NCBI GenBank assembly: GCA_965262915.1
Contig: OZ253564.1
Location: forward strand, 4,672,001-4,736,000
Direction: 5' to 3'
DNA: 64,000 nt
Origin: Candidatus Spongiisociaceae bacterium
GTDB taxonomy: Bacteria; Actinomycetota; Acidimicrobiia; Spongiisociales; Spongiisociaceae
The notes beneath the pieces were generated by a model. That model was not told the DNA's origin. It searched no databases and saw only the letters and a list, made by a program, of their open reading frames with translations. Shown piece after piece: positions 22,800 to 32,135 of the stretch (within the stretch, counting starts at the first letter, position 1; each line of letters begins with the position of its first letter). The position numbers and the translations under genes were made by a program.

Positions 22800-23204
22800 C
22801 TACTGGCTACCTGCGGCCGACTTGATCCAGCGACCTGCGATCACCACTACACCGATAGCCGCCAGCGAAGCCGCCGACGCCACTGCCGCCCGCACGGAGC
22901 GGCGCCGCGTATCGTGGGCCATGGTAGGACTCTCCGGCAGGATCGTCATGGGCTGGTCCAGAACCACCGTCATGTCGTATGGGAGCGGCTCGAAGTGGCG
23001 ACGCATGGAGGCCAGTCCCTTGATGACCTGCCGCTGGCGAACGGTAGCCGCCTGGCAGACGAGACACCCCCGCCGGTGACGAGCGAGCATCGGCGGTATA
23101 CCGATCACCCCGGACTCGACGCCGTAGAGCACCAGCCGGGTCACCCCGCAGGCGGCCTCCCTGGGTACGCGGTCGATACCGGCGTGGGGCAGGAAGCGAG
23201 TCAC
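22800..23204 (-). CDS. Putative zinc-binding anti-sigma factor
   Basis: HRRGCLVC = HxxxCxxC (ZAS) motif, C-terminal hydrophobic helix, overlaps the ECF sigma stop (GTGA). Confidence 0.7.
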   Translation of the reverse strand: MTRFLPHAGIDRVPREAACGVTRLVLYGVESGVIGIPPMLARHRRGCLVCQAATVRQRQVIKGLASMRRHFEPLPYDMTVVLDQPMTILPESPTMAHDTRRRSVRAAVASAASLAAIGVVVIAGRWIKSAAGSQ

Positions 23205-23764
23205 ACCACCCCCCGCAACAACTCTCGCAACCGGAGATGGGCGCGATGCAGGCGCACCTTGGAAGCGGTCACAGAGATCGACATCGACTGGGCGATCTCC
23301 TTGTGTGACCAGCCGTAGACATCCTTGAGTATCACGATGGAACGCTGATGATCGGGTAGACGACCGAGGGCACCCTTCAGGTTGGCTCGGAGCTCCGCCC
23401 TCTCGCCTGCGATTTCGGGGTCCCCGCTGCTGTCGGCATGGGGCTGGCGAATCATGTCATCGAGGTTGTAGGTGGCCTGGCGGGCGGCCCGACCCTTGAG
23501 CGTCCAAGCGACGTTGACGGTGACCCGATACAACCAGGTGCTGAAGCTCGAGTCACCCCGGAACCGGCTGATCGCCTTCCAGGCGCGCACCAGCGCTTCC
23601 TGAGTAACGTCTGCAGCAAGAGTTCGGTCCCCGACCAAACGAACCGCCAATGTGTACACCTCGTGCTGGTGGAGTCGAACCAGTTCGCCGAAGGCGGCCC
23701 GATCACCCTGGCGTGACCGTTCCACCAATTCGTTGATATCCGCTTCGACCCGTTCACCCGACAT
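23201..23764 (-). CDS. ECF RNA polymerase sigma factor
   Basis: GDRAAFGELV, DVTQEA, FRGDSSFSTWLYRV, region 4 GWSHKEIA...KVRLHRA. Confidence 0.92.
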   Translation of the reverse strand: MSGERVEADINELVERSRQGDRAAFGELVRLHQHEVYTLAVRLVGDRTLAADVTQEALVRAWKAISRFRGDSSFSTWLYRVTVNVAWTLKGRAARQATYNLDDMIRQPHADSSGDPEIAGERAELRANLKGALGRLPDHQRSIVILKDVYGWSHKEIAQSMSISVTASKVRLHRAHLRLRELLRGVV

Positions 23765-23784
23765 CTGGTTACGTTACCCGCCCG

Positions 23785-24654
23785 CTAGCCGGTCCGGACC
23801 GTGATCGTAGCAACCACGTGGTTACCGGAATCGGAGACCACCGTCGTGCGGAGGGACGCCCGAGGGTCGGTACGGCTCGCCACCGTGGTGGTGACCGTGG
23901 CCGCCTCGTCAGGATAGAGGGGCCGGCGGAAGCGGAAACGGGCGTCCGCCAGGGGATCGCTGCGAACCACGGAGGCCGCCGCCGGCTGCGTGGCCCAAGC
24001 GGCCATCAGCAGTCCGTGGCATATGACTCCACCGACACCGGACTCGACCGCCCGTCCGTGGTCCCAGTGGACGGGGTTGAAGTCCTCACTGGCTGCCGCG
24101 TAGCGCACCAGATCGGCGCGGGAGGCCGACTTCGGGAGCGGTCGGAGCGCCGCGCCCGTAGCCGGAAGGGACTCGTGCGCCGGGCGGGCATTGGCCCGGC
24201 GAGCTTCCGGACCGGGCTCCTCACGGTCCGCGGCGCCGCCACCGGGCGGTTCCTCGTCCGACATCAGGAACAGCGACCTCGACGACAGCACCGTTCGCTC
24301 CCGATCGTCGGTCACCCTCGCGACGAACGTGACGAACGCCGTGGCACCCCGCTCTCGAAGCCGGTCGATCCTGGCTTCGATGGCGAGCAACCTCCCGATC
24401 CGCCACGGCGCTTTCCACGAGAAGACCTGTTCGCCGTGGATAAGCAGCCGGGCGTGGGACGAGACGTCCGGATCGGCGAAGAAGGCCGGCGCCACCTTGA
24501 ACAATACCGCTCCCGCAAAGGAGGGGGGCGCGTGGGTGTCCCACCTGTGCGGATCGTCACCCGTGGCCGCCACATAGGCGGCCACCTGCGCGGCGTCGAT
24601 CCGGAACGGGAACGGTCCGTAGGAGCGACCCGTGAGTGCCCCGGGGCCACTCAC
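23785..24654 (-). CDS. Fused double hot-dog MaoC dehydratase (HadA/HadB-like)
   Basis: N-half APPSF...LIHGEQ (MaoC_dehydrat_N type); C-half YAAASEDFNPVHWD...HGLL hydratase motif; position after rpmG as for hadABC. Confidence 0.8.
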   Translation of the reverse strand: MSGPGALTGRSYGPFPFRIDAAQVAAYVAATGDDPHRWDTHAPPSFAGAVLFKVAPAFFADPDVSSHARLLIHGEQVFSWKAPWRIGRLLAIEARIDRLRERGATAFVTFVARVTDDRERTVLSSRSLFLMSDEEPPGGGAADREEPGPEARRANARPAHESLPATGAALRPLPKSASRADLVRYAAASEDFNPVHWDHGRAVESGVGGVICHGLLMAAWATQPAAASVVRSDPLADARFRFRRPLYPDEAATVTTTVASRTDPRASLRTTVVSDSGNHVVATITVRTG

Positions 24655-24665
24655 CGCCGGTATCC

Positions 24666-24848
24666 CTAGCGGATCTCGCGATGCAGGGTGTGCCGGCGTA
24701 GGAACGGGTTGTACTTCCTGAGTTCCAACCTTCCCCGCGTGTTGTTGCGGTTCTTGGTGGTGATGTAGCGGGACGGGGGCTTGCCTTCGCCTCGTGCCTC
24801 CGTACATTCAAGCGTGATCTTGATACGGTTGCCCTTTTTTTTGGCCAT
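24666..24848 (-). CDS. rpmG: 50S ribosomal protein L33
   Basis: [10 protein letters not shown]...[27 protein letters not shown]. Confidence 0.96.
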   Translation of the reverse strand: MAKKKGNRIKITLECTEARGEGKPPSRYITTKNRNNTRGRLELRKYNPFLRRHTLHREIR

Positions 24849-24905
24849 GATGCCCTTCCCGTTCGCCCTGAACCTTCTAGAACCCTGGTGATTACAAGCG
24901 CCGGT

Positions 24906-26093
24906 TCACTTGGTGATTTTGGTGACGGTGCCCGCACCTACAGTACGACCACCCTCCCGAATAGCAAACCGCAAACCCTCATCCATAGCAATAGCAAACC
25001 CCAACTCCACCGACATATACGTATTATCACCCGGCATCACCATCTCCACACCCCCAGGCAACCCCACCCGACCAGTCACATCCGTAGTACGAAAATAAAA
25101 CTGCGGCTGATACCCAGGAAAAAACGGATTATGCCGACCACCCTCATCCTTAGTCAACACATACACCTGCGCATCAAAACACGTATGCGGCGTAATCGAG
25201 GACGGCGCAGCCAACACCTGCCCCCGCTCCACATCCCCCTTACGAACCCCCCGCAACAACACCCCAATATTGTCACCAGCCCGACCCTCATCCAACAACT
25301 TCCGAAACATCTCCACCCCCGTCGCCACCGTACGACGAGTCTCCCGAATCCCCACCACCTCAACCGTCTCACCAACCCGAACCACACCAGCCTCCACCTT
25401 CCCAGTCACCACCGTCCCCCGACCAGTAATCGAAAACACATCCTCAATCGGCATCAAAAACGGCCGATCCACCGGACGATCAGGAACCGGCACATACGAA
25501 TCAACCGCATCCATCAACTCCAACACACCCCCAGCCGCCACCGGATCACCCTCCAACGCCCCCAACGCCGACACCGGAACCACCGGCACGTCATCACCCG
25601 GAAACCCATAATCATCCAACAGCTCCCGAACCTCCAACTCCACCAACTCCAACAACTCCTCATCATCCACCAAATCAACCTTATTGAGCGCCACCACCAC
25701 ACACGGCACCCCCACCTGACGAGCCAACAAAACATGCTCCCGCGTCTGAGGCATCGGCCCATCAGCCGCCGACACCACCAACACCGCCCCATCCACCTGC
25801 GCCGCACCCGTAATCATATTCTTGATATAATCCGCATGACCCGGCATATCCACATGAGCATAATGACGAGCAACAGTCTCATACTCCACATGAGCAATAG
25901 CAATCGTAATACCCCGCTCACGCTCCTCAGGCGCCTTATCAATCTCATCAAACACCGTAAACACATTCCCAGACACACGCTCAGACAACACCCGAGTAAT
26001 CGCAGCAGTCAACGTCGTCTTACCATGATCAATATGACCCATAGTCCCAACATTCACATGCGGCTTAACCCGCTCAAACCTAGCCTTCGCCAT
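24906..26093 (-). CDS. tuf: Elongation factor Tu
   Basis: [47 protein letters not shown]. Confidence 0.98.
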   Translation of the reverse strand: MAKARFERVKPHVNVGTMGHIDHGKTTLTAAITRVLSERVSGNVFTVFDEIDKAPEERERGITIAIAHVEYETVARHYAHVDMPGHADYIKNMITGAAQVDGAVLVVSAADGPMPQTREHVLLARQVGVPCVVVALNKVDLVDDEELLELVELEVRELLDDYGFPGDDVPVVPVSALGALEGDPVAAGGVLELMDAVDSYVPVPDRPVDRPFLMPIEDVFSITGRGTVVTGKVEAGVVRVGETVEVVGIRETRRTVATGVEMFRKLLDEGRAGDNIGVLLRGVRKGDVERGQVLAAPSSITPHTCFDAQVYVLTKDEGGRHNPFFPGYQPQFYFRTTDVTGRVGLPGGVEMVMPGDNTYMSVELGFAIAMDEGLRFAIREGGRTVGAGTVTKITK

Positions 26094-26176
26094 GGCGTTT
26101 GTTTCTCCTCGTGATCTTTGGATGGTTCCGTGACATTCCACCGGCCGGCAATCCACGACAGACTGCCGACCGTTCG

Positions 26177-26250
26177 TAGCGGCGGGCAGACTTGAACTGC
26201 CGACCTCTCGATTATGAGTCGAGCGCTCTTACCGACTGAGCTACGCCGCC
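26177..26250 (-). tRNA. tRNA-Met (CAT, elongator type)
   Basis: GGCGGCG acceptor, CT-CAT-AA loop, GTTCAAG T-loop; CCA not encoded. Confidence 0.93.
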
Positions 26251-26294
26251 TCGCTGGAGTGGCTTCCGGCGCGTCGCCGGTACCACCCCGGTCG

Positions 26295-26368
26295 AGCCCC
26301 CTTCCGGATTCGAACCGGAGACCTCCTCCTTACCATGGAGGCGCTCTGGCCTACTGAGCTAAGGGGGC
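26295..26368 (-). tRNA. tRNA-Thr (GGT)
   Basis: GCCCCCT acceptor, CCTCC-AT-GGT-AA-GGAGG anticodon arm, GTTCGAATCC. Confidence 0.95.
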
Positions 26369-26401
26369 GCATCCCGATGAACGTTACCGCCCACGGCCGA
26401 G

Positions 26402-26484
26402 TGCCGGGAGGAGGATTCGAACCTCCGAAGGCATCTACCGGCAGATTTACAGTCTGCTCCCTTTGTCCGCTCGGGCATCCCGGC
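26402..26484 (-). tRNA. tRNA-Tyr (GTA)
   Basis: GCCGGGA acceptor, GCAGA-CT-GTA-AA-TCTGC arm, long variable arm, GGTTCGAATCC. Confidence 0.95.
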
Positions 26485-26562
26485 ACGGTTTGCTGCCACC
26501 GAGAAGCGTAGCGGGGGAATGCTAGTCGCTGCGAGCCCGAACCAAAACCCCTGGGCCGCCTC

Positions 26563-27420
26563 TCAGGTCCGGTAGTGCAGAGCCTCCAGCCGCCGGATCC
26601 TCTCCTCGATGGGGGGATGCGTCGAGAACAGGCGCCCGCCGCCACCACCCCTCCGACCGAATGCCTTGAGGGGATCCGCAATGAACAACTGGCTCACCGC
26701 CGGGTTCACCTGCATGGGGATACGCCCGCTCGCCGTGCCGATCTTGTCCAGGGCCCGGGCCAGGCTGAGCGGCTGTCCGGTCACCTCCGCCCCGGAGGCA
26801 TCGGCCTGGTACTCCCGAGCCCGGGAGATAGCCATCTTGATGATCATTCCCGCGATCGGGGCCAGGATGAATGCCGCGAGGGTGATCACCAGACCCGCAG
26901 GGTTGTTCCGGTCCCGCCCCCCTCCGAACCACAGAGCAATCCGGCTGAAGATGGTCAGCGCCGCGGCCAGCATGGCGGCTATCGACGAGATCAGTATGTC
27001 GCGGTTGCGAACATGGGACAGTTCGTGGGCCAGCACGCCCTCAAGTTCGTCGTCCCTCATGATCTGGAGGATTCCTGTGGTCACGGCCACGGCTGCGTGC
27101 TTGGGGTTGCGTCCGGTCGCGAAGGCGTTGGGCTGGGGGGACTCGATCAGGTGGATCGACGGCATCGGCATGTCCGAGGCTGCGGCCAGGCGACGGATCA
27201 TGCCGTAAACCTTGGGGAGTTCCTGCTCGGTGACAGGACGGGCCCGGCTCATCGACAGCGCCAGCTTGGCGGAGAAGAAGTAGGCGGCGAAGTTCAGTCC
27301 CGCCGCCAAGAGCAGGCCGATAACCATGCCCTGGGAGCCGCCGAACAGCACCAGGCCCAGCCACCACACGAGGGCGCTCATGAAGCTGAGCAGGGCAACC
27401 GTCTTGAGGTTGTTCATCAC
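26563..27420 (-). CDS. htpX: Zinc metalloprotease HtpX
   Basis: PNAFATGR, HELSH, ISRAREYQAD, FSTHPP; TM helices. Confidence 0.95.
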   Translation of the reverse strand: MMNNLKTVALLSFMSALVWWLGLVLFGGSQGMVIGLLLAAGLNFAAYFFSAKLALSMSRARPVTEQELPKVYGMIRRLAAASDMPMPSIHLIESPQPNAFATGRNPKHAAVAVTTGILQIMRDDELEGVLAHELSHVRNRDILISSIAAMLAAALTIFSRIALWFGGGRDRNNPAGLVITLAAFILAPIAGMIIKMAISRAREYQADASGAEVTGQPLSLARALDKIGTASGRIPMQVNPAVSQLFIADPLKAFGRRGGGGGRLFSTHPPIEERIRRLEALHYRT

Positions 27421-27466
27421 CCCCGATTCTACAGCTTCCTGACCCTTGCTTCTTCCACCTCGCGGA

Positions 27467-27550
27467 TGCGGAATAGAGATAGCGAAGGATGCGAAAAAAC
27501 GGTAACCGAAGGTGCGGAATAGAGATAGCGAAGGATGCGAAAAAACGGTA
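27467..27550 (+). repeat. Exact 38-bp direct repeat, period 46 (four ~23-bp subunits), overlapping a promoter
   Basis: TGCGGAATAGAGATAGCGAAGGATGCGAAAAAACGGTA at 27467-27504 and 27513-27550; TAGCGA-17-TATTGT-6nt-GTG(27561). Confidence 0.9.
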
Positions 27551-27560
27551 TTGTCCCCTT

Positions 27561-28802
27561 GTGATCCAGTACCATCCCCGATTCGTCGATACGATCATCG
27601 AGGAATTGCACGCCGATCTTCCTGCGTTGATGCTGGTCGGGCCCAGAGCCACAGGCAAGACCACAACCGCATCCCGGCACGCCGCCACGGTTGTTCGGCT
27701 CGACCGTCATGCCGAGTCGGCGGCCTTCCGGGCCGATCCTGATTCGGCGCTGCGCAACCTTGCAGAGCCGTTACTCCTCGATGAATGGCAGGCGGTCCCC
27801 GCCGTGCTGGGAGCAGTCAAGCGGGCAGTGGACTCCCATAGCCGACCCGGTAGGTTTCTGCTCACCGGATCCGTCCGTGCCCACCTCGAAGAAGAGACCT
27901 GGGCCGGCACAGGCCGCGTCGTGCGCCTCGCCATGTATACCCTCAACGTCGCCGAACAACTGGGACGCACGCCCCGCCGGACCCTCACGAAGCGGATCAC
28001 CACCCCCGAGGACCTCATCGCCGCCGACGACACCCCCGACTTACGCGGCTACATCGAACTCGCTCTCCGCGGAGGATTCCCCGAAGCAACCCTCGACACC
28101 GGCGACAGGGCGCGACCCTACTGGCTCGCAGGCTACGTCGAAGAAGTCGTCACCCGAGACGCTCTTACGCTCGCACCGGCTAGAGATCCCGTCCGTTTGG
28201 GCCGCTACCTGGAAGCCTACGCCCTCAACTCCGCCGGGCTCGCCCACAGCAAAACCCTCTACGACGCCGCCGGCATCAACCGCAAGACAGCCCTCGCCTA
28301 CGACCGACTCCTTCAGAACCTCTTCATCATCGACGAACTCCCCTCGTGGTCATCGAACCGGCTCAAACGGCTCGCCCGGTCCCCCAAGCGTTACCTGATC
28401 GACCCCTCACTACTGGTCGGGATCCTGGGAATCGACGCCGCCGCGGTCATGCGCGACGGGGACCTCCTGGGCCGGGTCCTCGACACGTTCGTTACCTCCC
28501 AACTCCGCGCCGAATCCATCCTCGGCTCCGGCAGGACCGGCAGAACACGCCTATATCACCTACGCCACGACCAAGGCCGCCACGAAATCGACCTGATCAT
28601 CGAGCTCCAAGGCCAATACGTCATCGGTATCGAGATCAAGGCCACCGCCGCGCCTGACACCCACGACGCCCGCCACCTCGCCTGGCTCCGCGACCAGATA
28701 GGCAACCGCTTCATAGCCGGGGTGGTCCTCCACACGGGACCCTCCACCTACTCCCTCGGCAACCGTATCACCGCCGCCCCCATCTCCGCTCTCTGGGCGT
28801 GA
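27561..28802 (+). CDS. AAA ATPase with DUF4143 / C-terminal PD-(D/E)xK-like domain
   Basis: GPRATGKTT, LLLDEWQ, FLLTGS, GGFPE, PKRYLID, EIDLII..IEIK. Confidence 0.88.
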   Translation: MIQYHPRFVDTIIEELHADLPALMLVGPRATGKTTTASRHAATVVRLDRHAESAAFRADPDSALRNLAEPLLLDEWQAVPAVLGAVKRAVDSHSRPGRFLLTGSVRAHLEEETWAGTGRVVRLAMYTLNVAEQLGRTPRRTLTKRITTPEDLIAADDTPDLRGYIELALRGGFPEATLDTGDRARPYWLAGYVEEVVTRDALTLAPARDPVRLGRYLEAYALNSAGLAHSKTLYDAAGINRKTALAYDRLLQNLFIIDELPSWSSNRLKRLARSPKRYLIDPSLLVGILGIDAAAVMRDGDLLGRVLDTFVTSQLRAESILGSGRTGRTRLYHLRHDQGRHEIDLIIELQGQYVIGIEIKATAAPDTHDARHLAWLRDQIGNRFIAGVVLHTGPSTYSLGNRITAAPISALWA

Positions 28803-29004
28803 AGGTCATCCGAGATCCGGGCGGGACGGGGTGGCTCCAGGACTGGATCGTGGAATCCGCCCCGATGATCGGGGTAGCCAACCTACGGCTACGCCGGGTC
28901 TCCATGGTTAATGAACAGCTTTTTTGATTGTCACTCAATCTTACCTATTACTAAATAGTATTAGAGAAACCAGGTATTGGTAGCGAGATCCGTCAACGTC
29001 CGGT

Positions 29005-30075
29005 TCAGGCACGCACGTCCAATACCATGAAGTCGCCCAACCCGCGGGGGTGGAGGAGGGTCTCTATCTCCTTCACCTTGCTCCGCACCCGGAGACGCTC
29101 GATCGGGTCACCGGCGCGGGCCAGTTCGAGCTCCTCCCCGCGCAGCCGCCTCATACGGTCTTCGAGACCCAGTTCTGCCAGGAAGTCCTGCTGGCGGCGC
29201 AACTCGCACCGCATGCCCGCCTCTTCCGCTACCTGCAACAGCGCCGAGAAGTTGACATCAGCGGTCAGATCGGTGCTGCCCGGTTCGTCCAGCGGGTGCG
29301 GGCCCAGGTGATGGGACCGGTAGGTACGCAAGGTTCCCTCTCGGCGGCGCGGCAACAACCCCTCGGAGGTGTCTCCGTAGTCGATCACCAGGATGGATCC
29401 GGCCTCGAGCCGTCCGATCACCTGGTCGAGCCACTCCGCCGCCTCGAGTTGGCACTCCACCACCCCGCCCTCGGGAGTGTCTCCTGCGTGCGCGTCCAGC
29501 CATGCCAGTACCTGCGGGCGGACCGGGGCCTCGACCAGCACCAGCCCGGCGCCGTCCACCCCCACCCAACGCTCCGTCCAGCCGTCCGCATCCTGTACCG
29601 CTACCGCCATGGGGAGGTTGTCCACCAACTCGTTGGCGATCACCACCCCCCGAAACCGGCCCGGTAGCCGCCCACGAGGTGCCAACTCGACCCGGGGCAG
29701 GCGGATCCCGATGGCTTCCCGAGCAGCCAGCGAAGCCTCCACCGCCACCGCCCGGGGAGCGAAGGGGAGCGCGCCCAGCAAGGCCTCCAGGAGGGAACCC
29801 GATCCGGCCCCCACATCCACCACCACGAAGTCGGGAGGGCCCCCGATACGGTGATATTCGCGCTCCACGTGGAGGGCCAGAGCGGCGCCGAACTCCGGAC
29901 TCACCTCGGGGCTGGTGAGGAAGTCGCCCCCCTCGTGCGAACGCAGCGGGCCGCCGGTGAAGTAACCGCCGCCGGGATCGTAGAGCGCTAGCTCCATGAA
30001 CCGTTCGAACGGGATCGGGCCCCTCCGGGCTATCTCGGCGGAGATGCCTTCCTTCAACGGCCTGACGCCGGGCAC
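29005..30075 (-). CDS. SAM-dependent methyltransferase, MidA/NDUFAF7 family
   Basis: FMELALYDP..GY, GDFLTSPEVS, DVGAGSG, ANELVDNLP, IDYG, DLTADVNF; start uncertain. Confidence 0.85.
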   Translation of the reverse strand: MPGVRPLKEGISAEIARRGPIPFERFMELALYDPGGGYFTGGPLRSHEGGDFLTSPEVSPEFGAALALHVEREYHRIGGPPDFVVVDVGAGSGSLLEALLGALPFAPRAVAVEASLAAREAIGIRLPRVELAPRGRLPGRFRGVVIANELVDNLPMAVAVQDADGWTERWVGVDGAGLVLVEAPVRPQVLAWLDAHAGDTPEGGVVECQLEAAEWLDQVIGRLEAGSILVIDYGDTSEGLLPRRREGTLRTYRSHHLGPHPLDEPGSTDLTADVNFSALLQVAEEAGMRCELRRQQDFLAELGLEDRMRRLRGEELELARAGDPIERLRVRSKVKEIETLLHPRGLGDFMVLDVRA

Positions 30076-30101
30076 CGGCCAATCAGCGGGTGGCCGGTCA
30101 C

Positions 30102-30926
30102 CTACAACCTCGGGAGCAGCGCATCGAACAGCGCCCGGAACCGCTCGGAGGCCTGCGCGGCACACTCGATGACCTCCTCCGACGTGATCTTCCTACCGGC
30201 GAGGCCCGCCGCACGGTTGGTGCAGAGGGAGACTGCCAGCACGTCGGCGCCCATGTGACGGGCGGCGGTGGCTTCGGGGACGGTCGACATACCGACCAGC
30301 GAGGCGCCGAGCGCCATCGCCATCCTGATCTCGGCCGGGGTCTCGAACATGGGACCGTGCCACCACATGTAGACACCCTCCCCCAGGTTCACACCCACCT
30401 CGGCCCCGGCGGCCCGAGCCTTCCGGCGCAGATCCGGGGTGTAGACATCGGTCATGTCAGGGAACCGGGGGCCGAGCCGCTCGTCGTTGTCGCCTCGCAG
30501 CGGGCTGACGCCGGCCATGTTGATGTGGTCGGTGATCAGCACCAGATCTCCCGGCTCGATCCCCGCGCCGCACCCTCCCGCCGCGTTCGTGAGCACCACG
30601 GTCCGGCATCCGGCCATGACCGCCGTCCGCACGGGAAAGGTGATCACCTCGGCCGGATAGCCCTCGTAGGCATGGACCCGACCCGCGAGCAGCAACACCC
30701 GGTTGCCGCCCCGCTGCACCGAGTAGGCGGTCCCGGCGTGGCCTACCGCCTGCGGGATGGGGAACCCCGGCAGATCGGTGTAGGACACCGCTACGGCGTC
30801 ATCGAACGTGTCGGGGTAGCCGCCCAGGCCGGAGCCCAGCACCACCACCACGTCGTGCCGGTCACGGCCGGTAAGTCGAGCGATGGTCCCGGCGGCCTGG
30901 GTGAGGCGTTCGTAGAGACCGCTCAT
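30102..30926 (-). CDS. punA: Purine nucleoside phosphorylase (trimeric PNP-I type)
   Basis: VLGSGLGG, GRVHAYEG, TNAAGG, GPMFETPAE, VGMSTVPE, CTNRAAG. Confidence 0.92.
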   Translation of the reverse strand: MSGLYERLTQAAGTIARLTGRDRHDVVVVLGSGLGGYPDTFDDAVAVSYTDLPGFPIPQAVGHAGTAYSVQRGGNRVLLLAGRVHAYEGYPAEVITFPVRTAVMAGCRTVVLTNAAGGCGAGIEPGDLVLITDHINMAGVSPLRGDNDERLGPRFPDMTDVYTPDLRRKARAAGAEVGVNLGEGVYMWWHGPMFETPAEIRMAMALGASLVGMSTVPEATAARHMGADVLAVSLCTNRAAGLAGRKITSEEVIECAAQASERFRALFDALLPRL

Positions 30927-30959
30927 AGGTACATCACCTCCATCATCCAGACGTGGACC

Positions 30960-31682
30960 TCAGCCATCGATAAGGGCGTCGAGGCCGACTCCTATCATCA
31001 CCTCCACCGCTTCGTAGACCACCGTGCGGTGGGGATCGTAGCCCTTCTCACGGTGCATAGGGTTGCCGTCTGCTACCAGCACCGCCCCGGTCTCCACCGA
31101 GTTGAGAGCGCCGTTCACGAAAAGGGCCGCGCACTCCATCTCGACAGCCACCGCCCCGGCCCGGTGCCAGAACTCGATGTCTCCGCCGAGCACATCACCC
31201 GGATAGAACAGCGAGTGGGTGAGTACCAGCCCCTCGTGCGCCGGCCGACCCGCAGCGGCGACCGCTCGCCGCAGAGCCATCGTCACGTCCACCGAGGCAG
31301 CCGCAGGAAACGACGGTGGTACCATCGCATTGGTCACCCCATCCTCCCTGATGGCCCCCGTCACGATGACCAGGTCTCCGTCCTCGACCTCCACCTTGAG
31401 CCCACCGCAGGTACCGGTCCGGATGATCCGCTTCGCGCCGGCCCGGCTCAGTTCCTCGAAGGAGACCGCCGCGCCCGGGGCCCCCACTCCGTGTGACGAG
31501 ACCGCCACGTCCACACCGCGATGCTTGCCACCGTACGTGACATACTCGCGGTACCGGCCCAGGAGACGGGTCCCGTCCAGCTTGGTCGCTGCTATCTCGG
31601 CCCTTGCCGGGTCCCCCATCACCAGCACCCGTTCGGCCAGTTCGTCCGGATCTACCCTCAGGATCGGGGTTATTTCCGCCAC
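30960..31682 (-). CDS. Nucleoside phosphorylase (hexameric uridine phosphorylase/DeoD fold)
   Basis: GDPARA, REYVTY, SHGVGAPG, IRTGTCGG, VEMECAA. Confidence 0.88.
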   Translation of the reverse strand: MAEITPILRVDPDELAERVLVMGDPARAEIAATKLDGTRLLGRYREYVTYGGKHRGVDVAVSSHGVGAPGAAVSFEELSRAGAKRIIRTGTCGGLKVEVEDGDLVIVTGAIREDGVTNAMVPPSFPAAASVDVTMALRRAVAAAGRPAHEGLVLTHSLFYPGDVLGGDIEFWHRAGAVAVEMECAALFVNGALNSVETGAVLVADGNPMHREKGYDPHRTVVYEAVEVMIGVGLDALIDG

Positions 31683-32135
31683 CTCATCACCTCTCAGACA
31701 CTCTCGCCGCCACGATCGATGCACCCTCTGCGAGCATCGAAGAACTCTACTTGAGCACCACCATCACGGTCCTCCTCCGACTTCTACCGGGAAGGAGATC
31801 AGAGCACGGGACAGCTTGGTCCTTTACCTGGGGGATAGCCGCATCGAACTGCGGGTCGGTTGCGGCCACCGAGCGGGCGAACAACTCTGCGAACGAGACC
31901 TCCGCGGGTCCTGCACCCCCGACGCATCACACGGATCACGGGGACGCTCGTCTCGGGTGTGCTCATTTCCTCAAGAGCTTCCTCCGCAACGCCTCCAGAG
32001 ATCCGAGTCCGGAGAGGAGACCGAAGCGCCCATCCCCGTCGCAGGGCTGGTCCCATAGGGGGTCGATTCAAGCAACCTCAGACTACGGGCGCGGGTCCCC
32101 CCGCGAGCCGCGGGATAGCCCTTCTACCGCGCGGT

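Noticed and set aside
24888-26114. 408-aa His/Pro/Arg-rich plus-strand ORF
   Set aside because: Antisense shadow of tuf, kept open by its codon skew
27467-27550. CRISPR array
   Set aside because: Only two 38-bp copies with an 8-bp gap, no unique spacers, no cas genes
31745-32000. Decayed FAD-oxidoreductase fragment or riboswitch upstream of the nucleoside phosphorylases
   Set aside because: Only a weak MSTPETSVPV / VGGAGPA hint across frames and no recognisable aptamer; not enough support
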